Assembly (NCBI GenBank): GCA_016204995.1
Contig: JACQJR010000001.1
Coordinates: 305,132-369,131 of the forward strand
From: Candidatus Microgenomates bacterium
GTDB taxonomy: Bacteria; Patescibacteriota; Microgenomatia; UBA8517; JACQJR01
Length of the DNA stretch: 64,000 bases
Reading direction: 5' to 3'
The notes under the pieces are model-generated. The model saw only the letters and a program-made list of their open reading frames with translations, searched no databases and was not told the origin of the DNA. Shown piece after piece: positions 19,697 through 30,120 of the stretch (positions are counted from its first letter, which is position 1; the number at the start of each line of letters is the position of its first letter). Made by a program: the position numbers and the translations under genes.

Positions 19697-20186
19697 AATA
19701 GACTGGAATAAGATTATTAATTTCGCTATAGCTTTTTTTAAGAGTCTCCGGTGAAATAGGGAAATCGGATATTTTTTCTTCATCTCTAAGATAGTCAAAC
19801 AAGGAGTGGGCTTTTGCCTTCAAATCTTCATCTCTAGTTTCTAGAATATCTAAATAAGTGACCATAATAACATGATCAAATAAAGCACGCATTACATCCA
19901 AAGCCACTTTTAATTTAAAATTACGTTCCATGTGATCTTTTTCTTCGCGGATAATAATGCCTAATGCTTTTCTATGGCGGACCGATCTCACCAATAGATT
20001 ATCCAGCGTCATCATCCTGCCAACGCTCGCCTCTATCGCCATGCCTTTTTCCTGTTGCATAATTACCCATATTCTAACACCTAGGGGCGTATAATAGAAG
20101 CAATGCAAGAGACAGAAGAGCTTAAGATTGCCAAACATAATCGCAGGAATAGAAAAGAAGCGGAAAAAGGAGCTCTTATTTATCAT
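19689..20186 (-). CDS. hypothetical protein (true start probably the internal Met near 20060)
   Basis: ORF track; N-terminal 42 codons look non-genic and overlap a plus-strand small ORF. Confidence 0.35.
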   Translation of the reverse strand: MINKSSFFRFFSIPAIMFGNLKLFCLLHCFYYTPLGVRIWVIMQQEKGMAIEASVGRMMTLDNLLVRSVRHRKALGIIIREEKDHMERNFKLKVALDVMRALFDHVIMVTYLDILETRDEDLKAKAHSLFDYLRDEEKISDFPISPETLKKSYSEINNLIPVYFS

Positions 20187-20451
20187 CCACCATTACCATA
20201 TATAGATCGTAAACCAAACCGCCGCCAAAAAGATAAAAAAGTTAATTTAATTGTCAAAAAAGCCCGTAAAAAAATTCGTTAATGCTCTTGATTTTTATTT
20301 ACTAATTATTGTAAAATGGAAGTATGGCAGGCGGATACGGCAAAAGACCTCTTTGGCAATGGATTTTAATCTATCTGGTTATCGGCGGCATTATTTATGC
20401 GGCGGTTTATTATTTCTGGCTGGCTCCTAAAGGCGGGTCGCTACCAGGCTA

Positions 20452-20787
20452 CTAATTCTTTTTTCCTTTAATTTCCGCCAGCAGTTCCTTTTTCAACTCG
20501 GCCACTGCCTCTTTGATTTTCTCCTCAATGTCAATTTCACGAGGTGTTTTTTCTTGTAAGAAAATAATAATTTGCTCATCATAAGGAGTTTGATGAAACT
20601 TTTCCAGAAATTCTTCATGATGCTCGCGAGGCAGATGATCTAAAATACAGCCTAACACCCGATGATGGATGGTTTCGTCAATCAACTGCTGGATTTCTTC
20701 CTTTTCCTCACGTTCCATTTCCAGATTATTTAATTCATCTTCCACCTCATCAATTACAATTAAATGGTCATAAAAAATTTTCGCCAT
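20452..20787 (-). CDS. acidic hypothetical protein
   Basis: 111 aa, Glu-rich. Confidence 0.4.
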   Translation of the reverse strand: MAKIFYDHLIVIDEVEDELNNLEMEREEKEEIQQLIDETIHHRVLGCILDHLPREHHEEFLEKFHQTPYDEQIIIFLQEKTPREIDIEEKIKEAVAELKKELLAEIKGKKN

Positions 20788-20831
20788 AGCTCAAATTCTG
20801 TATATTATCAGAATAAAATAAAATAATTTGC

Positions 20832-21758
20832 TCATGCTTGTTCGGCAATAGCCGGCTTCTTTATTCTATTGTAATCCACCGGTCCAAGCGGCACTTGATT
20901 TTCCGGATCATCCACAAAAAATAAAATGACCGGTCCTTTTTTATAGCGCAGGCCGCCGAGTTCATTCATCACTTCCGGGGAGCCACCAAAGTGTTTACCC
21001 GTCCAGGCGGCCGGTCCGGAATCGGCAATGGCTGCCACCACTGCTCGACCATTATCAGTATTCACAATCATCACTTTACGGTATTTATACCACTCTCGCA
21101 AATAAGGCAAGCGTTTCTGCCAATCCGACAAATAAAGCGTTTGCACTACCGCATACCATTTTTCTTTTTCTACTAAATCGGGAGTCAATTGTGGCTTGGA
21201 ATAGGAAAAGTATCCCCATGCCCCCCGACCTGGTGCCATACCTTCACTCAAAGGCTCGCTATGCTGATTTAAAGTATCGCCGGGAAAACGCCTTAAATGC
21301 TGCTCTGCTCCAATTTTGCCATAAGTGGTATTGAGATGCTCTCCTTCTAAAGTGGCTCTGGCGCGAATGCCAGTCAGTCGCTCCAAAAGAAGTCCGATGG
21401 ACTTTTCTGTCTCGCGATCCAGCGGTTGAATTTTGTCAGGTAGGATTTTGGCCAGTTGATCCTGTAAAAATTGCTGCGGGTCTTCCGGCAAAACTACTCC
21501 CTCGCTGATTAATTTCTCAAAAACCGGAGGAGGAAGCTGTGGAGTTAAATTGCGAGCCGAAGGGCTTGATAAACTCAACGTACCAGCTAAAGCCCCGGCC
21601 GCCAGCATGCGAGCCGAATGATCACGAATTTTCCCTAAGGAGATGGCTTTGTCGGCTAAAAATTTCAGCGCGTGAGGATGTTTTTGGGCGAGTTGACGTT
21701 GCTCTGCTAAATGCTTAAGTTTTAATCTATCGCGTAAATTAGATTGAGCAGTTCTCAT
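20832..21758 (-). CDS. RlpA-like double-psi beta-barrel (DPBB) domain protein
   Basis: C-terminal KVMIVNTDNGRAVVAAIADSGPAAWTGKHFGGSPEVMNELG resembles the RlpA motif V.VTN..NGRSVVVRINDRGP. Confidence 0.55.
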   Translation of the reverse strand: MRTAQSNLRDRLKLKHLAEQRQLAQKHPHALKFLADKAISLGKIRDHSARMLAAGALAGTLSLSSPSARNLTPQLPPPVFEKLISEGVVLPEDPQQFLQDQLAKILPDKIQPLDRETEKSIGLLLERLTGIRARATLEGEHLNTTYGKIGAEQHLRRFPGDTLNQHSEPLSEGMAPGRGAWGYFSYSKPQLTPDLVEKEKWYAVVQTLYLSDWQKRLPYLREWYKYRKVMIVNTDNGRAVVAAIADSGPAAWTGKHFGGSPEVMNELGGLRYKKGPVILFFVDDPENQVPLGPVDYNRIKKPAIAEQA

Positions 21759-23032
21759 AAATTAACAGCACGATTAATTCTCGCTAAAGTTTTTTCTTTA
21801 CCCAAAATTACCATTGATTCTACAATCGGCGGGGTCACTCTTTGGCCAGTTAAAGCCAGCCTTAAACTCATAAAAAAATCGCCGGTTTTAAATTTATTTT
21901 TCTCCACTATTTTTAGCAAAAAATCTTGTAATTTATCAAGCTGCCATTCACTTTCCTCCATCACCTTTAATGCTTCCTTTAAGTGCCCAAGAGCCAAATT
22001 GCCAAATTGCCCCTTTTCTATTTTTGGCTCTTCAAAAAAAAAACCCGCCAAATTCATATAATCTGATAATTTTTTAATCCTCTCACGAACCAGGGGGATT
22101 GTTTTTTCAATCAGCTCTTGAGGATATTTTTTGTCTAAGTATTCCCAAATTCTCAATTGTAAATTCTCAATTGTCAATTTCCTGATCCATTCCCCGTTAA
22201 GCCATTCCAGCTTCTTAACATCAAAAACCGGCGAAGCTAAATTGATATCTTTTAAATCAAATTCATTGATCATTTCCTCCAGAGTTAATATTTCGCGACC
22301 AGAAGGAGGTGACCAGCCTAACAAAGCCATAAAATTTAAAAGCGCTTCTCTTAAATATCCTTCTTGGCGAAATTCCAAAACAGATTTAGCACCGTGGCGC
22401 TTAGACAACTTGCTTTTGTCAACACCTAACAGAAGTGGCAAATGGACAAATTGCGGCAATTCCCAACCAAAAGCTTGGTATAACATAATATGTTTAGGGA
22501 CGGAAGAAATCCATTCACCGCCGCGGATCACATGACTAATTTTCATTAAATGATCATCCACCACGTTGGCCAAATGATAAGTGGGGAAACCATCGGATTT
22601 TAAAATGACAAAATCTTCCTGGGTGCTGTTATCAAATTCAATAGTTTTATTACCCGCCAGATCCACCCAACCAGTTTTTCCTTCTTTGTTGGTTTTAAAT
22701 CTTATCGCTCCATTATCCTCATAAGCTATACCCTTTTTCACTAGCTCGTCTGCATACTGGCGATAAATCTCTTTTCTCTCTGATTGAATATAGGGGGCAA
22801 AAGAACCACCGATATCCGGCCCTTCATCATAATCTAGCCCCAACCAATGTAAAGTTTCATAAATTTTCGCGACTGATTCTGGTACCAACCTTTCCCGATC
22901 AGTATCTTCCAGCCTTAAAATAAACTTCCCTTTGTTTTTACGGGCAAACAAAAAATTGAAAAGAGCCGACCAGGTATTGCCAATATGGGGAATGCCGGTG
23001 GGCGAGGGTGCAGTCCGAACTCTAATTTCCAT
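21755..23032 (-). CDS. gltX: glutamyl-tRNA synthetase
   Basis: HIGH motif (PTGIPHIGN), KMSKS motif (KLSKRHG). Confidence 0.9.
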   Translation of the reverse strand: MEIRVRTAPSPTGIPHIGNTWSALFNFLFARKNKGKFILRLEDTDRERLVPESVAKIYETLHWLGLDYDEGPDIGGSFAPYIQSERKEIYRQYADELVKKGIAYEDNGAIRFKTNKEGKTGWVDLAGNKTIEFDNSTQEDFVILKSDGFPTYHLANVVDDHLMKISHVIRGGEWISSVPKHIMLYQAFGWELPQFVHLPLLLGVDKSKLSKRHGAKSVLEFRQEGYLREALLNFMALLGWSPPSGREILTLEEMINEFDLKDINLASPVFDVKKLEWLNGEWIRKLTIENLQLRIWEYLDKKYPQELIEKTIPLVRERIKKLSDYMNLAGFFFEEPKIEKGQFGNLALGHLKEALKVMEESEWQLDKLQDFLLKIVEKNKFKTGDFFMSLRLALTGQRVTPPIVESMVILGKEKTLARINRAVNL

Positions 23033-23072
23033 CCTAATTGAATTCTAGCATGTCACATCATATACTCAAAGT

Positions 23073-24113
23073 ATGCAGACCTTAACAGAGACTGCTTATT
23101 GGTCCAGAAATGCCATCAAATACGGTATAGCCTTCGTGCTCTTTTTAATTCTGGCCCGGGTGGCCTGGCAGGTGGGCTTTGGGGTTTATCGCCATTTTTT
23201 TCCCGCCCCGCCGCCTAAACCGACTGTGCTTTATGGCAAATTGCCCGAGCTACGTTTCCCGGAAATTGCCACTACCCCTTTGACTTATACCCTGGAAACG
23301 CCGGAAGGTAACTTACCTCAAACCGCCACTATTATGACTGTCTATGTCCAACCCCGACCCCACTCCTCGCTGGTGGCTTTGGATGAAGCGCGTACCACGG
23401 CCCGCCGGTTGGGTTTTGACGGCACAGAAGAAGCTATCTCTCCCAATTTGTACCGGTTTAGTAAAAAAGACAGTCCGGCCAGACTAGAAATGAATATTAT
23501 TACCGGCGCTTTTTCTTTAGGCTATGATCTAAATGCCGATCCCACACCCCTCACAAGTCGCGCGCCCAGCGGGGAAGTGGCGGCGGCCACCATTCGCTCC
23601 TTTTTATCCGGCGCCAATTTATATCCGGCAGACTTTACTAAAGGTAAAACCGTAGTTACTTTTTTGAAAAATAGTGATGGTAAATTAAGCGACGCTCTAT
23701 CTCTGTCTGACGCCAATTTTGTCCGGGTGGATTTTTTCCGAGAAAATTATAATGAAATTCCCATCATCACCGGCTCTGGCAAACAAGGTAATATTTGGTT
23801 TTTGGTCAGTGGCAGTAGCCGCAATAATATTCTGACTGGCGTCTATCGTTATTTTAAAGTTAACCTTGACGATTCATCTACTTATCCCTTAAAGACTAGC
23901 CAAGAGGCTTGGGACGAGCTAAAAAACGGGTCGGGTAAAATTGCGAGCCCCGGGGCAATCGGCAACAATAATGTCGTTATTCGCCGGGTTTATCTGGCCT
24001 ATTACGATGATGACCAGCCCCAGGATTTTTTCCAACCGGTTTTCGTTTTTGAAGGAGATAATGGCTTTTTAGCCTATGTACCGGCCGTGGCCAGCGGATA
24101 TTACGGAAAGTAA
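23073..24113 (+). CDS. membrane-anchored extracytoplasmic hypothetical protein
   Basis: N-terminal TM helix, 346 aa, no recognised motif. Confidence 0.45.
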   Translation: MQTLTETAYWSRNAIKYGIAFVLFLILARVAWQVGFGVYRHFFPAPPPKPTVLYGKLPELRFPEIATTPLTYTLETPEGNLPQTATIMTVYVQPRPHSSLVALDEARTTARRLGFDGTEEAISPNLYRFSKKDSPARLEMNIITGAFSLGYDLNADPTPLTSRAPSGEVAAATIRSFLSGANLYPADFTKGKTVVTFLKNSDGKLSDALSLSDANFVRVDFFRENYNEIPIITGSGKQGNIWFLVSGSSRNNILTGVYRYFKVNLDDSSTYPLKTSQEAWDELKNGSGKIASPGAIGNNNVVIRRVYLAYYDDDQPQDFFQPVFVFEGDNGFLAYVPAVASGYYGK

Positions 24114-25000
24114 ACTGCTGCTAATGGTTCTTGCCACTGGTGAGTCCGGTAAACCCAATCAATTAAAGCTTTAGTATCACCAAATCTATCTTGCGACCCC
24201 AAAACCACGATCAAAACTGATCCGCCATCCCGCTTGACATAAGTCACCAGCGCTTCACCGCCCTCATCGGTTTTGCCGGTTTTTACTCCTATCACTCCCG
24301 GCACTGTACCGAGTAGTATATTTAAGTTGAACAAATCATGAAGTTGACCTGTCTGCGAGGTAACTAGTTCATGCCGGGTGGCCACAATTTGAGCTAGCAC
24401 CGAATTAGCCATGGCAAAATTAGCTAATCTTGCCAAATCCTGGGCGCTTGATTGATGACCGGGCATAAAAATGCCGGTGGGATTTAAAAAATGAGTCTGG
24501 GCTAAATGTAAATCAACCGCTTTTTCATTCATAGCGGCGATAAAAGCCTCGCGGCCGCCGCTGAAATGGCTGGCCAAAACTTCCCCGGCATCATTAGCCG
24601 AAAAAATCAGTAACCCTTGCAGTAAATTTTCAATGGTCAATTGCTCACCCCATATTAAATTCATTTTTTGACCAGTCACCTTAATTTTGGGAACTGTTAC
24701 CACTTCTTGTAAATTGTAATTATCCAAAGCTACTAAAGCCGTCATTATTTTAGTAGTAGAGGCAGGAGCTAAAGGTATGTCGCCGTTTTTATCGTATAAC
24801 ACCACTGCCGATAGAGGATCATAAATAAAGGCGGCTTGGGCGGAAATTTTAGGCACTGGTTCATTGTTGGCAATAGGAATTGCAGCTACCGGAACTTCTA
24901 CATCTAACTTCCGCGGAAATTTTTCCAAAGGAGTTACCAAAACACTGGTGCTAGTTAAAAGCAATACCAAAAAAGCCAATGGAAAGATGGGCAGTTTCAC
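24101..25000 (-). CDS. D-alanyl-D-alanine carboxypeptidase (S11 family, PBP5/6-like)
   Basis: signal peptide; active-site SxxK (ASTTKIMTA), SxN and KTG motifs. Confidence 0.8.
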   Translation of the reverse strand: MKLPIFPLAFLVLLLTSTSVLVTPLEKFPRKLDVEVPVAAIPIANNEPVPKISAQAAFIYDPLSAVVLYDKNGDIPLAPASTTKIMTALVALDNYNLQEVVTVPKIKVTGQKMNLIWGEQLTIENLLQGLLIFSANDAGEVLASHFSGGREAFIAAMNEKAVDLHLAQTHFLNPTGIFMPGHQSSAQDLARLANFAMANSVLAQIVATRHELVTSQTGQLHDLFNLNILLGTVPGVIGVKTGKTDEGGEALVTYVKRDGGSVLIVVLGSQDRFGDTKALIDWVYRTHQWQEPLAAVYFP

Positions 25001-26317
25001 TTAAACCTTCTTTAGTCTCACGTCTACCCGCTCCATGTCGCGAGGAAACAGAGAAGCCTCCCGAATGTTAGCCAGGTTTAAAATTCCTTGTGTGATTCGC
25101 TCCGATCCAAAAGAAAAGCCGCCTTCGGGCGGCATGCCAAAGCGAAAGGCCTGCAGATAGAGCTCGCTTTTGGCAATATCTACTCCACGACCTTTGGCTC
25201 GCTCTTCCAGTTCTGCCAAATTATTCACTCTTTGTCCGCCAGTCAGCCACTCTACTCCGCGGCCGATTAAATCAAAACTTAAAGTGTAACCGGGATCATC
25301 CGGATCCTCAAAAGTGTAAAAAGGCCGCTTGCTTAGAGGATAGTGACTGACAAAGACTAAATCAGATTGATGGACATCACTACTCCAACGGCAAATTTCC
25401 CGCTCGTCTTCCGGCGACAAATCGGGTTCATTGCGCGCGTCCCGGCCAGTTCTTTTGAAAATTATCTCTTGGGCTTCTCTTAATTTAACTCGCGGAATAT
25501 TTTTGGCTATTTGCGGCACTGTTACATTATAAAGTTTTAAAATATCCGCGCAGTCTTTCTCCACCCGGCTAAAAATTGATTTAATGAGATATTCTGCCAT
25601 CTCCATTAATTCCTCCCAGGAATCAATAAAACCAAATTCTGCGTCCAGTGTGGTCACTTCAGTTAAATGGCGGGTAGTCACCGAAGGTTCGGCCCGCAAA
25701 GTTTTATTGACGGCAAAGACCCGCTCATAAACCCCCACTAAAATTTGTTTGTAAAATTGAGGGCTCTGGGACAAAAAGGCCTTATGACCAAAGTAATCTA
25801 CGGCAAAAACTTCGGCTCCGCCTTCAGCGGTTTGGGGAATAATCACCGGCGCCTGAAATTCGGTGAAATCTTTTTTCTGTAAAGATACCCGAAATTCATC
25901 AATCACTGCTTCCTGCACTTTAAAAATAGGCGCAATTTGGGAGTGACGCAAAGAAAGTGCACGCCAATCTAAAAGAGTTGGCAACTCTAAGTTAAGCTCA
26001 GGCCCACCCATATCAAAAGGTAATTCTGTAGCTTTAGCTAAAATTTTAACAACGCTTGCGGCAATTTCTATCTCGCCACTGGAAATTTGTTTATTTTCAC
26101 TACCAGCCGGTCTTTTCTTTACCTCACCAGTCACTTCTACTACATCCTGTTGAGAAAGATGTATATTGGAGGCGGTCACTACTTGAACTATGCCTGACCT
26201 GTCTTTTAAATCAAAAAATTTAATCTTACCGTGATCGCGAGTGGTGACTACCCAACCTGCCAGCCTTACCTCTTGGCCTATTTTACCTATAACCTGATTC
26301 GTCAAAGTTCGCTGCAT
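25001..26317 (-). CDS. aspS: class IIb aminoacyl-tRNA synthetase, archaeal-type aspartyl-tRNA synthetase (AsnRS not excluded)
   Basis: N-terminal OB anticodon-binding domain; class II motifs 2/3 (FRFGMPPEGGFSFG). Confidence 0.8.
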   Translation of the reverse strand: MQRTLTNQVIGKIGQEVRLAGWVVTTRDHGKIKFFDLKDRSGIVQVVTASNIHLSQQDVVEVTGEVKKRPAGSENKQISSGEIEIAASVVKILAKATELPFDMGGPELNLELPTLLDWRALSLRHSQIAPIFKVQEAVIDEFRVSLQKKDFTEFQAPVIIPQTAEGGAEVFAVDYFGHKAFLSQSPQFYKQILVGVYERVFAVNKTLRAEPSVTTRHLTEVTTLDAEFGFIDSWEELMEMAEYLIKSIFSRVEKDCADILKLYNVTVPQIAKNIPRVKLREAQEIIFKRTGRDARNEPDLSPEDEREICRWSSDVHQSDLVFVSHYPLSKRPFYTFEDPDDPGYTLSFDLIGRGVEWLTGGQRVNNLAELEERAKGRGVDIAKSELYLQAFRFGMPPEGGFSFGSERITQGILNLANIREASLFPRDMERVDVRLKKV

Positions 26318-26346
26318 TAACTAAATATACTTCAAAACACTCCCTC

Positions 26347-26375
26347 TTGACAACTTTTTTCAGGCTGACCTATAA
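26347..26375 (+). promoter_or_regulatory. sigma70-type promoter TTGACA-17bp-TATAAT upstream of ORF 26442
   Basis: exact consensus hexamers at 26347..26352 and 26370..26375. Confidence 0.5.
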
Positions 26376-26441
26376 TTGTGACGTACTGCTTAAACCAATT
26401 CGCCGATAGGGGCGGATTTTTTTCGGCCACGAAGCGGAATT

Positions 26442-26720
26442 ATGGGTAAGTCTAAAGAGTACGATCATTACGATAGAATCGTCACAGACCAGGAAGCTAA
26501 AAACCACGCGATAGAGAGTAGTCTGGAAACTTTGCAGGAAGTATGGCGGGCAGCAGGAGTACCTGAAGAAGATATTAGTAGATTAACGGAGATATATCGT
26601 GCTCCCAAACCACGGGAGGTCTTAAAATCAATGCTGCAAGTAGCCGATGACTTAACTAGAAGTCAAATTAAAGCACGCAGTCATGACCAATTATTTGACT
26701 TGGATATCCCGCAGTTTTAG
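26442..26720 (+). CDS. hypothetical protein
   Basis: 92 aa ORF preceded by a consensus promoter. Confidence 0.4.
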   Translation: MGKSKEYDHYDRIVTDQEAKNHAIESSLETLQEVWRAAGVPEEDISRLTEIYRAPKPREVLKSMLQVADDLTRSQIKARSHDQLFDLDIPQF

Positions 26721-28427
26721 TTGTAATCTTTTATTTCCACTCCAAGTATCAATTCCCACGGTATAGGCAATATCTACTTTTTTATCAGGAGATAGTTTTC
26801 CACACATTTCTCCCATCCCAAATCCAATCGCTTCCATAGGTTGTTGGGCTGTTAGACTATTAGGCTCTTGGGAAATGGTAAGTTTAAGATGTTGACGATC
26901 ACCTCCTACTAAACGAGCATCATCTACCATCACGCCGCAGGTAGCAAATACTGGCTCGGGATTGCCGATACCAAAGGGAGCAAACTTCATAACTTCCCTT
27001 GTTAATTTTTCATTTACAGATTCCAGAGGAATCTCGCAATCTATTTTTAATTTAGGTAGAGAAATTTCCTCCGTTAAAATATTCACCGTCTCTTTCTGTA
27101 AAACTTCTGCCAATAAACTAATGCTTTCTGTTTTAACTGTAAAACCAGCCGCCATCGGATGCCCCCCGCCTTCCACTAAAAATTCCCGGCCCTTTTCTAA
27201 TAATTCCACAATATTAAAACCGGTAATGGAGCGGGCCGAACCGCGCGATAACTCTGCACCTTTAGCAATGACCATAGCCGGACGATTAAATTGCTCAACT
27301 AATCTCGAAGCTACCAGACCCACTATTCCTTCATGATAAGTTTCATGAGCCACAAAAATTAACTTTTGGCCATCAACTTGAGTTTGAGCATGCGTCCAAG
27401 CTTCTACTACCATTTGTTGTCTTTGAATATTAGTTTGATTAAGACGCTGGGCAAGTAACCTTGCTTGAGCACTGTTTTTAGTACACAGCAGACGCAACGA
27501 ATCCAGAGCGTTTTCCAGCCGACCCATGGCGTTAAGCCTGGGCGCCAGAATAAAACCGATATCATAAGTACCTAAATCCTTTTGCGGCCGGCCTGCTACT
27601 TCAAAAAGAGCCATAATTCCTAATCTTTTAGTTCTCTGCAACACCGGCAGGCCATGATAGACCAAAGAGCGGGCCACACCAACCAACGGGATCATGTCAG
27701 CTATCGTGGCCAGAGCCGCCAATCCTAACCAATCATCAGCAATTTTCAATTTTAAATTTTCAATTTTCAATTCCCGCGCCAGCAGATAAGCAACTCCTGC
27801 ACCTGAAATAGAAACAGTGTGTAGAATAGAATAGGCCTTCGGCTTAGTCTGGCGCGGCAAGTGATGATCGGTAATAATAACGTCAATTCCAAGTTCCTTG
27901 GCGGTATCTACTTTTTCATGGGCCACAATACCGTTATCAACGGTAATAATTAAACCAACTGTTGGATCTTCCTCTTTTAATTGCTTCATCCGGGCAATAT
28001 TTAATCCATAACCTTCGGTCCGGCGCTCTGGAATAAAAGGTAAGGCGTTGACGCCGCTGTAATAAAGCGCTTCCCAAAGAATAGCTGCCCCGCAAATTCC
28101 ATCAGCATCATAATCCCCCCACACGATTACTTTCTCTTTACTCTTTTTAGCCTGTTTAATTCGCTCTACTGTTTTTTTCAACTGAATAGGATCAATTCCA
28201 AACTTCTCTGCAGTTAGCTTATCTGGATGAATCGGCTGAAAAAATTCCTCCTTCTGGCTGGCGGTTTTTATTCCCCGATTCTCCAACAGAATTTTAATTA
28301 TTTCTTCAACTTTTAATTTTGCACTTTGACCTTTTAACTTATTTAATATCTCCCACTTTTTCGCCATTTTGTCTCCTTCAATGTATAATAACATAGAGAT
28401 GAAATCTAACTTACCTTCTTTTGTCAT
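26691..28427 (-). CDS. recJ: single-stranded-DNA-specific exonuclease RecJ
   Basis: DHH motifs (ITVDNG, VIITDHHLP), DHHA1 region. Confidence 0.9.
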   Translation of the reverse strand: MTKEGKLDFISMLLYIEGDKMAKKWEILNKLKGQSAKLKVEEIIKILLENRGIKTASQKEEFFQPIHPDKLTAEKFGIDPIQLKKTVERIKQAKKSKEKVIVWGDYDADGICGAAILWEALYYSGVNALPFIPERRTEGYGLNIARMKQLKEEDPTVGLIITVDNGIVAHEKVDTAKELGIDVIITDHHLPRQTKPKAYSILHTVSISGAGVAYLLARELKIENLKLKIADDWLGLAALATIADMIPLVGVARSLVYHGLPVLQRTKRLGIMALFEVAGRPQKDLGTYDIGFILAPRLNAMGRLENALDSLRLLCTKNSAQARLLAQRLNQTNIQRQQMVVEAWTHAQTQVDGQKLIFVAHETYHEGIVGLVASRLVEQFNRPAMVIAKGAELSRGSARSITGFNIVELLEKGREFLVEGGGHPMAAGFTVKTESISLLAEVLQKETVNILTEEISLPKLKIDCEIPLESVNEKLTREVMKFAPFGIGNPEPVFATCGVMVDDARLVGGDRQHLKLTISQEPNSLTAQQPMEAIGFGMGEMCGKLSPDKKVDIAYTVGIDTWSGNKRLQLKLRDIQVK

Positions 28428-29778
28428 TGATATTATCCAGAAATTCCAAAAGGCTAACCTTGAAATTTATATTGTGGGTGGAGCAGTCCGTGATTTACTA
28501 ACCAAACGAGAAGTCAAAGATTGGGATTTAACGACCAATGCCACGCCAGAAAAAATTCTAGAACTTTTCCCCCATGCTTTTTACGATAATAAATTTGGGA
28601 CTGTCGGCATTCCTCTTACCCAAGAGCCTAAAAACCCAATAGCCAAACAGCCTATTATTGAAGTAACTACTTTTAGAAGCGAGGAGGCTTATTCTGACCG
28701 CCGCCATCCGGATAAAGTTATTTGGGGAAAAACTCTCGCGGAAGATTTAACCCGCCGCGACTTCACCATCAACTCCATTGCCTTATCACCCATAACCCAT
28801 AACTCCGAACCCATAACTATTATAGACCCTTTCCATGGCCAAAAAGATTTGAAAAATAAAATTATTCGGGCTGTGGGTAATCCCCAGGAAAGATTTTCCG
28901 AAGATAGCTTACGGATGATGCGAGCAGTTAGGATTGCGGCCGAACTGGGTTTTACCATTGAGGAGAAAACTTTTCAAGCTATTAAAAATAATGTGCCGCT
29001 AATTCATAAAATCTCGGCTGAAAGAATTAGAGATGAATTATTTAAATTACTAGCTAGTTCTTTTCCGTACGAAGGAGTAGTTATGTTAAGAACCACTGGA
29101 TTAATGGCTGAAATTTTGCCAGAGGTAGAAAAAGGCTTTGGCGTACCGCAAAAAAGCCCAGGCCGGCATCATGTGGTAGATGTAGGCACACATCTTCTTT
29201 ATTCACTACGTTATTGTCCCTCTAAAGATTCATTGGTACGTCTGGCTGCCTTATTACATGACGTAGGCAAACCGCAAACTTTTAGAAAAGATAGCAAAAC
29301 AGAACTTATTACTTTTTATAATCATGAAGTGGTGGGCGGCCATATTGTCAAAACCATTGCCGACCGATTGAAATTATCCAATAAAGATAAAGATAAATTA
29401 TTCTTACTGGTGCGCTGGCATTTGTTTACCGTGGACGAACGTCAAACTGATTCAGCTATCAAACGTTTCATTAGAAATGTCGGTCCGGAAAATTTATTAG
29501 ACATTTTGGCTGTCAGAACCGGCGACCGGCTGGGTGGAGGCGCCACTGAAACTTCCTGGCGTCTGGATTTATTTAAAAAACGTTTAATAGAAGTCCAAAA
29601 ACAACCGTTTTCTATTAAAGACTTAAAAATTAATGGCAATGATGTGATGCGCGAACTTAAAATCCCTTCTGGTCCGCAAGTCGGCAAAATTTTAAATCAA
29701 CTCTTTGCCGAAGTTGACTCCGGTGCCTTAAAAAACACCAAAGAAGAATTAATGAAAAGTGTAAAGGAGTTAATTTGA
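28369..29778 (+). CDS. cca: CCA-adding tRNA nucleotidyltransferase with HD domain
   Basis: GGAVRDLL polymerase-beta head; HD motif HDVGKP; true start probably downstream of 28369. Confidence 0.9.
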   Translation: MSPSMYNNIEMKSNLPSFVIDIIQKFQKANLEIYIVGGAVRDLLTKREVKDWDLTTNATPEKILELFPHAFYDNKFGTVGIPLTQEPKNPIAKQPIIEVTTFRSEEAYSDRRHPDKVIWGKTLAEDLTRRDFTINSIALSPITHNSEPITIIDPFHGQKDLKNKIIRAVGNPQERFSEDSLRMMRAVRIAAELGFTIEEKTFQAIKNNVPLIHKISAERIRDELFKLLASSFPYEGVVMLRTTGLMAEILPEVEKGFGVPQKSPGRHHVVDVGTHLLYSLRYCPSKDSLVRLAALLHDVGKPQTFRKDSKTELITFYNHEVVGGHIVKTIADRLKLSNKDKDKLFLLVRWHLFTVDERQTDSAIKRFIRNVGPENLLDILAVRTGDRLGGGATETSWRLDLFKKRLIEVQKQPFSIKDLKINGNDVMRELKIPSGPQVGKILNQLFAEVDSGALKNTKEELMKSVKELI

Positions 29779-29814
29779 CATCACAGAATAGTCATTTTAT
29801 ACTGTAAATCACTA

Positions 29815-30120
29815 ATGGAAATTGATCGGCCGCTTCCCCCGGAAATGCGCAGGCTAATAGAATTATTTGGCCTGGACATTTTTGAAGATTTACAAAACCT
29901 TAAAAAGAATATTGAATTTGTAGAAGCAAATCATACTAGCCTATTAGCAGAGTATCCTGAAAAATGGGTGGTAATTTATCAGCAAGAGGTGATTGGAGCA
30001 GGGTCAGATATTTCTCAAACCATAGAGCTAGTTAAAAGCAAAAACATTTCACCAGGAAAAACCTACATTAGATTCCTCACTAAACAGCCAATCACTCTGA
30101 TCTTACCTTCTCTTAATTAA
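29815..30120 (+). CDS. hypothetical protein (DUF5678-like, tentative)
   Basis: YPEKWVVIYQQEVIGAGSD...LVKS resembles the small archaeal/CPR DUF5678 pattern. Confidence 0.35.
   Translation: MEIDRPLPPEMRRLIELFGLDIFEDLQNLKKNIEFVEANHTSLLAEYPEKWVVIYQQEVIGAGSDISQTIELVKSKNISPGKTYIRFLTKQPITLILPSLN

Noticed and set aside
26400-26422. Weak hairpin (4-bp stem) plus T7 run between the consensus promoter and the ATG of ORF 26442
   Set aside because: The stem is too short to call a terminator or attenuator with any confidence. Only the promoter was recorded.
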